A stretch of 64,000 nt of DNA, taken from the IMG/VR virus record IMGVR_UViG_3300025030_000086, positions 9,158 through 73,157 of that record; one strand, given 5' to 3'. Position 1 is the first letter of the stretch. The number at the start of each line of letters is the position of its first letter. A model generated the notes under the pieces. The model was not told the origin of the DNA. It did not search any database and saw nothing but the letters and a program-made list of their open reading frames with translations. This DNA comes from a virus. Positions 27,113 through 37,737 of this stretch are shown piece after piece. The position numbers and the translations under genes are program-made.

Positions 27113-27295
27113 ATGAAAACATTTTCTATCGAAAAGCAAAATGAGTTAGGTAAAGAGATTGCTTTAATTCTCTGCTTGAAGAAAAATAAAAATGAAAAAT
27201 ATGTCACAATGTGGGGAGAGAAAACGGCAATTGGTTTATTAAATTTAGTTTGCAGAATTGTTAAAAGTATAGAAATTATGGGGGGAGAACTATAA
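27113..27295 (+). CDS. hypothetical protein
   Basis: AGGAG RBS; Y.T.WG.KT..GL motif. Confidence 0.6.
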   Translation: MKTFSIEKQNELGKEIALILCLKKNKNEKYVTMWGEKTAIGLLNLVCRIVKSIEIMGGEL

Positions 27296-27919
27296 ATGAA
27301 AACAAGTCTATATGAAAGGAAAATTGCATATAATAATATAAAAGGCAATGAACTTTTAAAAAGGGCCATAGAAGTATCTTTAACTGGACAGCATACCATA
27401 ACTGTTATTGGCAATGTTGATAATGGAAAAGAATATTTAGATATTGTATTTAAGTCAAGAACAGAATATTGTGGAGAAGACCCCATATTTAATGAAAATT
27501 TATTTACTTTTGTACAACCTTGTTTTTGCGGTAATTTTGGTGATGAGGGTTGTGGTTGTTCAGTAGAAGAGATTATATTACATAAAAGATCAAAGGAATA
27601 TATAAATGCTATGAAAAGTCAAATAATTGTTAAATTAGAAAGACCCCTATTTAATGAGATTGTTAGTGTATTAACAGGAGAATCTTTCCAAAACGTTGTG
27701 GACAGGATATATACATTTAATAGGTTAAAAACAATTGAAGGAACTGATCAAGACGCAATGGAATTTTTAAAAACTGCATATAATAAATTGTTGTTTACAG
27801 GTAATCAAATAAATAGAGTTTTGGCAGTTTCAAGAACAATTGCAATAATGGATAATTCTGGTAGAGTTAAAGCTCATCATATAGCAGAAGCTATACAATA
27901 TCAAGCATTAGATTATTAA
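27296..27919 (+). CDS. truncated ComM/YifB (Mg-chelatase-like) protein
   Basis: KRAIEV..GQHT..IG..NGK, PCFCG..CGCS, RVLAVSRTIA..HIAEAIQY. Confidence 0.75.
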   Translation: MKTSLYERKIAYNNIKGNELLKRAIEVSLTGQHTITVIGNVDNGKEYLDIVFKSRTEYCGEDPIFNENLFTFVQPCFCGNFGDEGCGCSVEEIILHKRSKEYINAMKSQIIVKLERPLFNEIVSVLTGESFQNVVDRIYTFNRLKTIEGTDQDAMEFLKTAYNKLLFTGNQINRVLAVSRTIAIMDNSGRVKAHHIAEAIQYQALDY

Positions 27920-28087
27920 GAGGAGGTTAACTAAAAATGAATATTTGTACAAATAATAAACATGGTGAAATAGTTTACGATAGTGGTTATAGGTATTGCC
28001 CCGCTTGTGAAAGAATAGAAAAATTGTTAAGTGATATAAAGGATGCAGAAATGGAACTAAAAAATTTAATAGAAAAAGAGGGGGGGT

Positions 28088-28627
28088 TTGAAAATGAATA
28101 AGAAATTAAGTGATGCAGTAATAACAGAATTGTCATTTTTAACAAGTAAAGAAATGAGAAATATTTTACAGAAGTTTGCTGATAATTTTGACAATTCTCA
28201 TTTTGAAATGTTACGACACATTGCAAAGACCTACACTGATGAACAAATAACCCCCTTGCTACCTACACCCCAAAAAGTTAAATCAAAGGATAAACGGACA
28301 AGGGAAGAAAAATTGGAAGAGTTAAAGGGGTATTATGTCAAAGAAAATATAGATGAAACAAGAGTAACTACAAATGATATACCTATTTTAAAAAGAGGTA
28401 GATCAAAAAGCAAGGATGGTACTTTGAAAGATAGAGTATTTGAATTATTGGATATGAATTTGAGAACGGAGGAGCATGCTGATAATGTAGATACTAATTT
28501 AACTTATGATAATATTCTAAAGTCCGGTATACTGAATATTGCAGAAAATACTTATAAGGTAATTTTATCAGCATGGAGGAAAGAAAAAGGGATTAAGGTA
28601 AGAAGAGGAAGACCTTCTAAAAATTAA
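28088..28627 (+). CDS. hypothetical DNA-binding protein with AT-hook-like motifs
   Basis: KRGRSK and C-terminal RRGRPSK. Confidence 0.55.
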   Translation: MKMNKKLSDAVITELSFLTSKEMRNILQKFADNFDNSHFEMLRHIAKTYTDEQITPLLPTPQKVKSKDKRTREEKLEELKGYYVKENIDETRVTTNDIPILKRGRSKSKDGTLKDRVFELLDMNLRTEEHADNVDTNLTYDNILKSGILNIAENTYKVILSAWRKEKGIKVRRGRPSKN

Positions 28628-28640
28628 TATACTTTAATTA

Positions 28641-28680
28641 TTGACATTACTCAAAATAGTAGTATACTAATAATTAAAGG
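28641..28680 (+). promoter_or_regulatory. repeated early promoter plus RBS cassette
   Basis: TTGACATTACTCAAAATAGTAGTATACTAATAATTAAAGG; near-identical at 33380 and 36674. Confidence 0.8.
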
Positions 28681-28991
28681 GGGATTATAAAATGGAAAGA
28701 TACTTAGAAAATGGAGATATGGTATTTGCAACAGGTGTTTTTTTGAGATACTTTAATGGAAAATTTGAAGTGTCAAGTTTTAAAGATGATACTTATTTTG
28801 ACGGTAACATTGTTGAAGATATTGAAAATAAACCTTATACAGAAGAGGAATAAAGGGGGATTATATGCTTTATTATGGTATTATAATTGGTTCATTTATC
28901 ATTTTTTATGCAGTTTTTATTTATAGTTTATGCAAAATTTCAAAAGATTGTGATATGAGGGCAGATAAATTATTTAAAGAAATGAGGATGA

Positions 28992-29270
28992 ATGAAAACA
29001 AAAGTGATTTATAGGAAATTTAAAACAACTGAAAGTATTGTTGCAATTTTTCCAGAATTGGGATACCCTGGATTTACTTCTAAAAAAGGTCTTATAATGG
29101 ATTATATGTATTTTGGCCAACACGGAGAATGTATTTATGACACCATTATAAAAATGACTATAAAAGCGTCTCCTAAAAATTATGAGGTATTGGAAGCACA
29201 ATTGAGAGATTTAGGATATGATTTAGAAATTACTACACATAAGGGGTATCAAAAATTATTGACAAAGTAA
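28992..29270 (+). CDS. conserved phage hypothetical protein
   Basis: KVIYRKF..IVAIFPE..Y..GQHG motif. Confidence 0.7.
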   Translation: MKTKVIYRKFKTTESIVAIFPELGYPGFTSKKGLIMDYMYFGQHGECIYDTIIKMTIKASPKNYEVLEAQLRDLGYDLEITTHKGYQKLLTK

Positions 29271-29579
29271 TAATCATAGGAGATTATGAAATGTTTTATA
29301 AAAGTATAGGATTGTCAAAAGTCTTATTAAGACATAATGAAAACTATATTACCCCATTTCAGTCCATTGCAGAAGAGGAGATACTTGATAGATATTGGTT
29401 CAATAGGTTTAGTTATGAAAGTTTCAAGGCATGAAAACATGGTTTGGTGTAGAGTTTAAAGGTTTTTATGTTGGTAAAGTCTATTGTAATAAGCAAGACC
29501 TTATTAATGAATTCAATAAACAATTCATGTATGAGATACAAGGGAATTTGTTTAAGGTTTTTGGAAAAATTGGAAAAAG

Positions 29580-31268
29580 ATGAAAACAATCCATATTAAA
29601 GATAATGTATTAATAATAAAGATACCGTATGATATTAATCTTGTATCATTAATCAAGACTTTCTTTTCCGGTAGGTCATGGGATAGCAATTTAAAAGTCT
29701 GGAAGTGCCCTGTAAATGAAAAGAATTTAATAGCTACCTACTCCATGATAGAAAATCATGACTTTACTGTATTTCCTGAAATGATGATTGAACTCGAAAA
29801 ATATAAAGGACAATTTGAAATACAGAAGGTTGAAAATGAAAAGAAGATAGCAGCCTCAAAAGCTATAGATGCAAATATTGAGATACCTAATTTGAAGGGA
29901 GAACTCTTCCCGTTTCAAAAAGCAGGAGTGCAATTCATAGAAAATACCAATGGTAAAACCTTAATAGCTGATGAAATGGGGTTAGGGAAGACCTTGCAAT
30001 CAATAGCTTATTGCCAATTACATGCAGAAAAAAGACCTATTTTAGTTATTTGTCCAGCAACATTAAAGTTGAATTGGCAAAGAGAATTTAGAAAATGGAC
30101 AAATATAAAAAGCTATGTTATAAATTCGCAAGATCTCAAATATCAGCTACCTATCTATGAAGCATACATTATTAATTATGATATAGTGGGGAAAATGGAA
30201 ACATTGCTGAATAAGATGAAATTTCAAGTAATGATATTGGATGAAGCACATTATTTGAAAAACCCAAAAGCATTACGGTCAAAAGCAATAAATGGATTAA
30301 ATAAGAATATACCCCATATTTTGGCATTAACTGGTACACCAATACTTAATAGACCTGTTGAAATATTTAATATTTTAAAGATGTTAAGTCCTCAAAATTT
30401 TGGCAATTATTTTGATTTTGTGAAAAGATATTGTGGAGCTACCTATGGAAAATGGGGTCTGGATGTATCAGGAGCTACCAATATTCAAGAATTAAGTGAT
30501 AAATTACGAGCAACAGTAATGATCAGAAGGGAAAAAAAGGATGTATTGGCAGAATTACCAGACAAGACAAGGGTAGTAGTCCCTCAAATATGTGATTTAA
30601 AAGCATACAAAAAAGTAGAGGATGATTTAATAAATTACTTAATTGAATCAAAGAATAAGTCAAAACTTGCAGCGGAAAAAATTAGTCAAGTAGAACAATT
30701 GGCAAAAGTTGAATATGCAAAACAGGAAGCGGTTAAAGCAAAACTCCCCCTATTTATTGAATGGAGTAAAGATTTTATTGAGGAAAATGGTAAATTAGTA
30801 ATTTTTGCTCATCATAAAGAATTTGTTGAAAAGTTAATGTTTGAACTGAAGGACTATAATCCGGTTAAAATAGTGGGTGGTATGGAAATTGAGGATAAAC
30901 AATCCTCAATAGATGCTTTCCAAAATAATAAAGAATGTAAAGTAATTATTTGTAGTCTAAAAGCCGCTGGTGTTGGGATAACTTTAGTTGCAAGTAGTTA
31001 TGTAGCATTTTTAGAGTTAGGATGGACACCCGGTGAACATGATCAGGCTGAAGATAGACTACACCGGATAGGGCAGAAAGATAATGTTACTTGTTATTAT
31101 TTTTTGGCAGAAAATACTATTGAGGAAACAATTTACGATCTACTTCAGAAAAAAAGAGATATTTTTCAAAAACTAATGCAAGATCAACATACAATTATAG
31201 GAACTCTTGATAATAATATTCTGAATGATTTAACAAATAAAATAGTAAATAAAAATGAAGTTAATTAG
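29580..31268 (+). CDS. SNF2/SWI2-family (HARP/SMARCAL1-like) helicase
   Basis: LIADEMGLGKT, ILDEAH, LTGTPILN, QAEDRLHRIGQ. Confidence 0.92.
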   Translation: MKTIHIKDNVLIIKIPYDINLVSLIKTFFSGRSWDSNLKVWKCPVNEKNLIATYSMIENHDFTVFPEMMIELEKYKGQFEIQKVENEKKIAASKAIDANIEIPNLKGELFPFQKAGVQFIENTNGKTLIADEMGLGKTLQSIAYCQLHAEKRPILVICPATLKLNWQREFRKWTNIKSYVINSQDLKYQLPIYEAYIINYDIVGKMETLLNKMKFQVMILDEAHYLKNPKALRSKAINGLNKNIPHILALTGTPILNRPVEIFNILKMLSPQNFGNYFDFVKRYCGATYGKWGLDVSGATNIQELSDKLRATVMIRREKKDVLAELPDKTRVVVPQICDLKAYKKVEDDLINYLIESKNKSKLAAEKISQVEQLAKVEYAKQEAVKAKLPLFIEWSKDFIEENGKLVIFAHHKEFVEKLMFELKDYNPVKIVGGMEIEDKQSSIDAFQNNKECKVIICSLKAAGVGITLVASSYVAFLELGWTPGEHDQAEDRLHRIGQKDNVTCYYFLAENTIEETIYDLLQKKRDIFQKLMQDQHTIIGTLDNNILNDLTNKIVNKNEVN

Positions 31269-31824
31269 AAAATTGGGGACAAGAATAAGTAAAAGTGGTC
31301 GGTTAGTAAGTTATGGTATATATCTTTGTCCATTTCCAGAATGTTTAGCAGAAGTTGAAAGACCTTTGGGTAATGGGGAAAGAAAAAAGTCTTGTGGGTG
31401 TAGAAGAAAAAAGGGGAATAGCTATACAAGATTATATAAAATTTGGACAGGTGTTAAAAATAGATGTTTTAATTCCAACAATCAAGCATATTTAGACTAT
31501 GGTGGAAGAGGAATAACAATATGTCCAGAATGGACAAATGATTATACTACTTTCAGAGATTGGGCATTAAATAATGGTTATCAAGAAAACTTAGTTATTG
31601 ATAGGATTAATCCTGATGGTAATTATGAACCCTCTAATTGTAGATGGTTAACAATATTAGAAAGTTTGAGAAATAAGACAAATACAATAACTATGGAAAT
31701 AGCTAATGAAATTAGAGATTTGTATAAAACAAAAAATTTTACTCAACAAGAAATAGCTGATAAATTTAATGTAAGTCAAGAAACAGTGTCTTTAATTATA
31801 AATAATAAGCAATGGATAAAATAA
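31255..31824 (+). CDS. HNH-type homing endonuclease (Zn-ribbon, YGGRGI, HTH)
   Basis: Same motifs as 2064. Confidence 0.85.
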   Translation: MKLIRKLGTRISKSGRLVSYGIYLCPFPECLAEVERPLGNGERKKSCGCRRKKGNSYTRLYKIWTGVKNRCFNSNNQAYLDYGGRGITICPEWTNDYTTFRDWALNNGYQENLVIDRINPDGNYEPSNCRWLTILESLRNKTNTITMEIANEIRDLYKTKNFTQQEIADKFNVSQETVSLIINNKQWIK

Positions 31825-32319
31825 ATGACAATTAATAAATTAATAAATAATATATTCAGGGATAGGAAAAGGGTAGCAAAGAAGATTAAAAATCACAAAA
31901 GTGAGCTACCTATTTTTGAAAAAAATGTGAAGAGGATGTTCAAAACTATAAAATACACAAAGTCAATTGATACTATGATAAAAAACTTCGATAATATTAA
32001 GCAAGAATTTCAAAACGTGATGAGCTACCTACCCCCTGATATAGAATTGGAATTGAATGGGCAGGTAATAAAAGATATTAATAGTATTGATACTATTAGA
32101 GATACCTATATTAAAGATTTTATAAATGAAAGAATAGACATGGAGTTAGAAAAGGAAAAAATAGTAACTTCCATATTTTTAAAAGAAAATTTAATAAAAC
32201 GTGCTTTAAATAGAGCATTGATAGCATTTACATATTTTCCAAATGATGCAGAATTTGTTTGTAAAATTGCGGAGTTAGAGGAAATGTTATTAAATTGTTA
32301 TAATAAGGAGAACAAATAA
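31825..32319 (+). CDS. hypothetical protein
   Basis: 164-aa ORF; contains two TGAGCTACCTA motifs. Confidence 0.6.
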   Translation: MTINKLINNIFRDRKRVAKKIKNHKSELPIFEKNVKRMFKTIKYTKSIDTMIKNFDNIKQEFQNVMSYLPPDIELELNGQVIKDINSIDTIRDTYIKDFINERIDMELEKEKIVTSIFLKENLIKRALNRALIAFTYFPNDAEFVCKIAELEEMLLNCYNKENK

Positions 32320-32540
32320 TGAAGAAAAAAGGAAAAATATTTTTAAAGATATTTGATACAACAATTGATTTGTACAAAGAAATTGAGTTAGATGCAGATT
32401 ATATAAGATTTTATACACATGAAAATGATTATATAGATATTAAATTTAAAGGTTTTGATTTATCTCTTAGAGGAATAGGGCAATTAAAAGTATTCCCCAA
32501 TTCCTCAAATTCTATCATCATAGAACAGGAAGAACCATAA
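32319..32540 (+). CDS. hypothetical protein
   Basis: AGGAG RBS, coupled. Confidence 0.55.
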   Translation: MKKKGKIFLKIFDTTIDLYKEIELDADYIRFYTHENDYIDIKFKGFDLSLRGIGQLKVFPNSSNSIIIEQEEP

Positions 32541-32704
32541 TGAGTAAAGAATTAGAACAAGCCATTGAATTACATACAAAACTGGATAAAAATTGGGGAT
32601 TAGAATCACCCAATAATTCCTGGCCCCTTGATTTAATTATTTATTATAATAATAGAAAGGAGAAAGAAAATGAAAATTCATGTGGATCTGAAAAAGGGGA
32701 TTGA
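32540..32704 (+). CDS. small hypothetical protein (paralog of 38298-38468)
   Basis: ELEQAIELHTKLDK..WP; below the ORF-track cutoff. Confidence 0.5.
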   Translation: MSKELEQAIELHTKLDKNWGLESPNNSWPLDLIIYYNNRKEKENENSCGSEKGD

Positions 32705-32924
32705 GAATATTTCAATAATTATAATGATACTTGATACAGAGGATAAAACATTAGCAAATAAATTATTTAGATCCCCTTTAGATTATCCCTCAAATAAAGA
32801 TTATGTCTATGTAGAAAATGTGGGTAATTGTGATTATATAGAAAACATTTTTAGAACTGAAGAAGGGGCTAAGAGTTGGGCAGAATTTGAAATAAAATGT
32901 TTAAAAAATAAATTATGCATATAA
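32670..32924 (+). CDS. hypothetical protein
   Basis: AGGAG RBS. Confidence 0.55.
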   Translation: MKIHVDLKKGIENISIIIMILDTEDKTLANKLFRSPLDYPSNKDYVYVENVGNCDYIENIFRTEEGAKSWAEFEIKCLKNKLCI

Positions 32925-32948
32925 CAATTAATTAAAGGGGTTTCAATA

Positions 32949-33383
32949 ATGAACAAAAGAAATTACAAACATGGGGAATCCTATGTAAGGTTACATAATA
33001 TATGGGGATTAATGAAACAAAGAATTTTAAATCCTAATAGTAAAAATTATAAATATTATGGTGGTAGAGGAATAACAATATGTCCAGAATGGACAAATGA
33101 TTATATTGTTTTCAGAGATTGGGCACTAAATAATGGTTATAAAGAAGGATTACAAATACACAGAGAAAATGATGGGAATTACGAACCAGATAGTTGTAGA
33201 TGGGTAACAAGAACTGAAAATTTAAGACACACAAGAAAAACTATAACTATGGAAATTGCTGATGAAATTAGAGATTTGTACAAAACAGGGAATTTTTCCA
33301 TGCAAGAGTTAGGAAATAAATATAGCATAAGTAAACAAATGGTATCTTACATTTTGAATAATAAAAATTGGAAAAATGTTTGA
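32949..33383 (+). CDS. HNH-type homing endonuclease lacking the N-terminal Zn-ribbon
   Basis: KHGES..YYGGRGITICPEW..GNYEPDSCRW..HTH. Confidence 0.8.
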   Translation: MNKRNYKHGESYVRLHNIWGLMKQRILNPNSKNYKYYGGRGITICPEWTNDYIVFRDWALNNGYKEGLQIHRENDGNYEPDSCRWVTRTENLRHTRKTITMEIADEIRDLYKTGNFSMQELGNKYSISKQMVSYILNNKNWKNV

Positions 33384-33420
33384 CATTACCAAAAATAGTA
33401 GTATACTAATAATTAAAGGA
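33380..33420 (+). promoter_or_regulatory. repeated early promoter plus RBS cassette
   Basis: TTGACA-16-TATACTAATAATTAAAGGA. Confidence 0.8.
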
Positions 33421-33556
33421 GATATATGACTAAGGAAAGTATAAAGGTTCAATGCCAAGAATGTGAAAAGGTTTTTAGAACAAAAAAATTAGTTCCTGAA
33501 TGCCCGGAATGTAATGGATTAGATATTGATTTATATTATGGAAAGGAGAACAAGTA

Positions 33557-34528
33557 ATGTCACATAATCTTAACATGAATGAAGAAGGCAAGGCAGATAT
33601 GATGTATACAGGGGAGACCCCTTGGCACAAATTAGGTACATATTTGGGGGAAAATGCGGTAACGGCAGAAGAAGCAATTAAGGCTGCAAATATGGAATGG
33701 GAAGTATCTCTTCATCCAATTTATTCCGGCTTTGCAGAAATGAAGGAAGTTGATGATTTTAAAGCAGTTATTAGACAAGATACAGGAGAAGTTTTGGGTA
33801 TAAGGAAGCAAAAATATACACCGTATCAGAATAAAGATGCTTTCAAGGTATTAGATCCATTTATAGGAGAAGGAAAAGCGGTTTGGCATACAGCAGGAGT
33901 TTTAGGAAAAGGTGAAAGAATATGGATATTGGCAAAACTACCCGGACAATTAGAAGTAACAAAAAATGATATAATAGACAAGTATTTTCTATTAACAAAT
34001 TCCCATGATGGTTCAACAGGAATAAAGTTAATGTTTACCCCTATAAGGGTTGTTTGTCAAAATACGTTACAAATGGCATTAATAAGTGGACAATCTTCAA
34101 TTATGAATATAAAGCATACCAAAAACCATGAAATAAAGATAAAACAAGCATTGAAGGTTTTAGGTCTTGTTGAGCAAATAGCTACAGATTTTGAAATTGA
34201 TGCTAAGAAAATGTATGAATTTAAGATGACTGATGCAGATATTGATAATTATTTAGCAGAAATTATTAATATAACAGGAGAAGCAAAGGAAAAGACTAAA
34301 CTATATGCAGATAAATCTTATATTAGATACAGAGATTATTTGGAAGGTGGGATAGGGACAGACATAGCAGGTGTAAAAGGCAGTCTATGGGGGGCTTATA
34401 ATGCGGTAACAGAAGCTATTGATCATACTGATAGAAAGATTAAAAATCATTTGCAGTATAGTCAATTTGGTGCTGGTGCTGTTATCAAGGACAAGGCTTG
34501 GAAGAGTGCAAAAAAATTGATAAGATAG
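33557..34528 (+). CDS. DUF932/DUF945 family protein
   Basis: PWHKLG, Y.PYQN, TAG.L..G, NSHDGS, TPIRVVCQNT, GSLWGAYNAVTE. Confidence 0.9.
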   Translation: MSHNLNMNEEGKADMMYTGETPWHKLGTYLGENAVTAEEAIKAANMEWEVSLHPIYSGFAEMKEVDDFKAVIRQDTGEVLGIRKQKYTPYQNKDAFKVLDPFIGEGKAVWHTAGVLGKGERIWILAKLPGQLEVTKNDIIDKYFLLTNSHDGSTGIKLMFTPIRVVCQNTLQMALISGQSSIMNIKHTKNHEIKIKQALKVLGLVEQIATDFEIDAKKMYEFKMTDADIDNYLAEIINITGEAKEKTKLYADKSYIRYRDYLEGGIGTDIAGVKGSLWGAYNAVTEAIDHTDRKIKNHLQYSQFGAGAVIKDKAWKSAKKLIR

Positions 34529-34536
34529 GGGGTTTA

Positions 34537-34905
34537 ATGAAAAAGATAACACTTAAAAGATCGCTTGAATTATGTGCAGAATTATGGTCATGGCTTAGAG
34601 ATAATCCTGATGAAACATACAAGAATAATTGGCCTAAATGGAATAGATACAAGAATGTAGATAATAATTGTTTTGCATGTCATTATGATGAGTTAGAAGG
34701 CAGGAAACGAGGAGGAGTTAAGATTTGTTCTTTTTGTCCATTAAAAGAATTATGGAGTTTGCAGGGATATTGCATGGAAAAAAGTAGCCCTTTCAATAAA
34801 TGGTTGATAGCCAAAACAAATAAAAGTAGACAGAAATATGCAGGAATTATAGTAAATTTTTGTGAAAAAGAATTAGAAAAATTAAAAAACAAAAAGGGAG
34901 TTTAA
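34537..34905 (+). CDS. Cys-containing hypothetical protein
   Basis: ELW.WL..NP..K..CFAC..CSFCPL. Confidence 0.6.
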   Translation: MKKITLKRSLELCAELWSWLRDNPDETYKNNWPKWNRYKNVDNNCFACHYDELEGRKRGGVKICSFCPLKELWSLQGYCMEKSSPFNKWLIAKTNKSRQKYAGIIVNFCEKELEKLKNKKGV

Positions 34906-34906
34906 A

Positions 34907-35119
34907 ATGACTATTCTATGTGGCAAAAGAAGTGGTAAAGATTTAAAAATTTATGCAATTGCAAGAACAGAGAAGTCTCCAAAGAAGTATCTATATGGTA
35001 TTGTTTGTCTTGACAAAGAAGGAGGAGATCCAAAAGTAGTAACTGATATTAAATATGATAGATTGTCAACTATAAGAAGGAAGTTTAGAAATATACCAGC
35101 AGAGTTTAAAAAGGGATAA
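34907..35119 (+). CDS. hypothetical protein
   Basis: GGGAG RBS. Confidence 0.55.
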   Translation: MTILCGKRSGKDLKIYAIARTEKSPKKYLYGIVCLDKEGGDPKVVTDIKYDRLSTIRRKFRNIPAEFKKG

Positions 35120-35122
35120 AAA

Positions 35123-35737
35123 ATGCGATTAATTAGAAAATTAGGAACAAGGAAAAATAAAACAGGTAATAATTATACGAGTTGGGGTGTATTTTGGTGT
35201 AACTTTTGTAAACAAGAGGTAGAAAAAGAATTATCTGTTGGTAGAAGGTATAAATCTTGTGGTTGTGTAAGATATTCAGAAAATAAGGGTGATTATAAAC
35301 ATGGTGGAAAAGGGACAAAATTATATAATGTATGGCAATCTATAAAACAAAGAATTTTAAATCCAAATAATGAAGCATATAAAGATTATGGTGGTAGAGG
35401 AATAACAATATGTCCAGAATGGACAAATAAAGAAAATGGATTTATAAATTTCAGAGATTGGTCACTAAGTAATGGTTACAAAGAAGGATTACAAATAAAT
35501 AGAATAAATAATGATGGTAATTATGAACCATCTAATTGTAATTTTATCCCAGCTAAAGAAAATAATAAAAATCAAAGATTGAGAAAAGATAGTAAAATAA
35601 AAAATATTGAAATAGCTAATGAAATTAGAGCTTTATATGCTATAGGAAATTATATACAAAAAGAGTTAGCAAGTAGATTTAATATAAGTCAAGCAACAAT
35701 TTCTTTAATTATTAATAACAAACAATGGGTGAAATAA
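35123..35737 (+). CDS. HNH-type homing endonuclease (Zn-ribbon, YGGRGI, HTH)
   Basis: Same motifs as 2064. Confidence 0.85.
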   Translation: MRLIRKLGTRKNKTGNNYTSWGVFWCNFCKQEVEKELSVGRRYKSCGCVRYSENKGDYKHGGKGTKLYNVWQSIKQRILNPNNEAYKDYGGRGITICPEWTNKENGFINFRDWSLSNGYKEGLQINRINNDGNYEPSNCNFIPAKENNKNQRLRKDSKIKNIEIANEIRALYAIGNYIQKELASRFNISQATISLIINNKQWVK

Positions 35738-36298
35738 ATGTTAACTATAAAACAAAATATACAATTAATAAATGAGTTACTTAATACTTCTTATGGTAAT
35801 TTACAGAAATTAGCCTATGAAGAAGAAATTGAGCGATATGTGAGAGTTAGATTATTAGATATTACACAAATAGCAAAGGATATTTTAGAGTTTACTCATA
35901 ATCAGGAAGTTAAGCAACACAAGAATAAGAATAGAGTAAAGAAAGGATAGATATATGATACAGTTTAACCCAGGTGATGGAGAATTGTTTGGACATATAT
36001 TTACAACTGGAATACTGATATTTCTTATTGTATGTATTATTGTTGTTTGTTACTCTTCAAAAGGGAGACGGTAGATGGGGCACGCAAAAATTTGGGCTTT
36101 ATTCTCTACATTTGATGATTTAGAAGGTAATATTGAGAATACTCTTTTGTTAAGGGGGTGGTGGTATGAAAAACCTGCTATTTCAGAATTGAGAAAATAT
36201 TGTGGATGGGGTGGTGCAATTGTTCTTAGAAAACACGGAAAAACTTTGCATCGTCCATATACTTACTATCTAAAAAGATTATCAGAGGGGGTTCAGGT

Positions 36299-36673
36299 AT
36301 GAAATTAACTATTAGAAGTTTCATATTTTTAGCATACCTTATATTATTATTTCCTTACCAAACTTCGAGTGCTTCAATAACTTTGAATTATGAAAAGGAG
36401 ATGTCAAAAATAAAGATTATTGCTAATAAGGTTATCCAATGTGAATCGGAAGGAAAACATAACGTGTGGGGCGATTTAACTCTACAATATCCGGTGTATG
36501 GCATAGCACAGTTTCAAAAAGGGACTTTTTATTGGCTGTCCAATATATCAGGAAATAAGAATTTTAGATGGAAAAATAAAGAACACCAAATAAAACTGTT
36601 ACATTGGGCTTTGTTGAATGGACATGGTAGATTGTGGACATGCTATAGATGGTATAAAAAGGGTATAATTTAG
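36299..36673 (+). CDS. exported lysozyme-like/transglycosylase-like protein
   Basis: N-terminal hydrophobic signal, VIQCES, YGIAQF, W.C. Confidence 0.6.
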   Translation: MKLTIRSFIFLAYLILLFPYQTSSASITLNYEKEMSKIKIIANKVIQCESEGKHNVWGDLTLQYPVYGIAQFQKGTFYWLSNISGNKNFRWKNKEHQIKLLHWALLNGHGRLWTCYRWYKKGII

Positions 36674-36711
36674 TTGACATATCCAAAAATAGTAGTATAC
36701 TAATAATTAAA
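36674..36711 (+). promoter_or_regulatory. repeated early promoter
   Basis: TTGACATATCCAAAAATAGTAGTATACTAATAATTAAA. Confidence 0.8.
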
Positions 36712-36807
36712 TGAATTTTTCAAATTTTGTGGTTCCCCAGGTTCAGGTAGTGAGCTTGTTTTTAATTTAAAAGGTAAATTTTTAAGTCAATCATTTTATG
36801 AATAATT

Positions 36808-37257
36808 ATGAAAACAATAACTTATCATAATTTATCTCAAAACACTAACGGTAGATTGGTTTATTTCAGGTCAACAGATATTGAACAAATGAATTGGCAT
36901 AGACTATTATGGTCTATTCCTGATGAAATGTTATATCATTTATCTCAGGGAAAACAGATAAGAATTATTGATAAAACGTCTTCTAAAAAGGGGGGTAAAA
37001 TTAAAAGGATTTTTATTCCTATAATGAATGATTTATTAAATAATTTATATTTTGATATACCTGCTAAGAATAAAAATTTAGTAAATCATTATCTATATGC
37101 TTTGGAGACTATGAAGAAGGATAAAAGTTTATTAACAAAATTTTTGTATTGGAGAGGGATAATATTTAATCTTGTTAATATAATAGGAGAAGATATTATT
37201 GTTGATAAAGAACCTAATCCGTTAAGGCCAAAGAAGTATTTGAAACTTCTGGAGTAA
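36808..37257 (+). CDS. hypothetical protein
   Basis: 149-aa ORF. Confidence 0.6.
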   Translation: MKTITYHNLSQNTNGRLVYFRSTDIEQMNWHRLLWSIPDEMLYHLSQGKQIRIIDKTSSKKGGKIKRIFIPIMNDLLNNLYFDIPAKNKNLVNHYLYALETMKKDKSLLTKFLYWRGIIFNLVNIIGEDIIVDKEPNPLRPKKYLKLLE

Positions 37258-37267
37258 GGAGAAATAG

Positions 37268-37528
37268 ATGTCATTTGAAATGGAAAAAATTAGAGGCTTA
37301 AAAGTTATAGCTTTGAAAGGTGGGGGATACAGGGATAAAAGGTTTAAAGATATTGAAGTTAAATATATTTTGTTTTCAGATAAAAGAACTTATATTGAAT
37401 TAGAAGAACAGGATTATTATACATTTCATGATTTTTCATCTTATGCAAGATATGTTAATATTCATAGTAATGAAGAGGAATGGAAAAGAATTTTTAAACT
37501 TGATGATGCTAATGAGGATATTTGTTAG
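37268..37528 (+). CDS. hypothetical protein
   Basis: AGGAG RBS. Confidence 0.6.
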   Translation: MSFEMEKIRGLKVIALKGGGYRDKRFKDIEVKYILFSDKRTYIELEEQDYYTFHDFSSYARYVNIHSNEEEWKRIFKLDDANEDIC

Positions 37529-37737
37529 GGGGTTACTTAAATGAAAAATGTAAATCTTGTATTAAGTGTTATTTTAAATTATGAAACTAAAAAAGGTAAT
37601 AAAGAAGTATGCCATGAGATAGAGGTCTATCTTGGTAATGTACCTGAAACATACATAGATGTGGAAGAAGTGGTAAAACTTATTAAACAAAATATAAAAA
37701 TAAATGTAAAGGAAGTTGAAATTTATGGAGATTAAAG

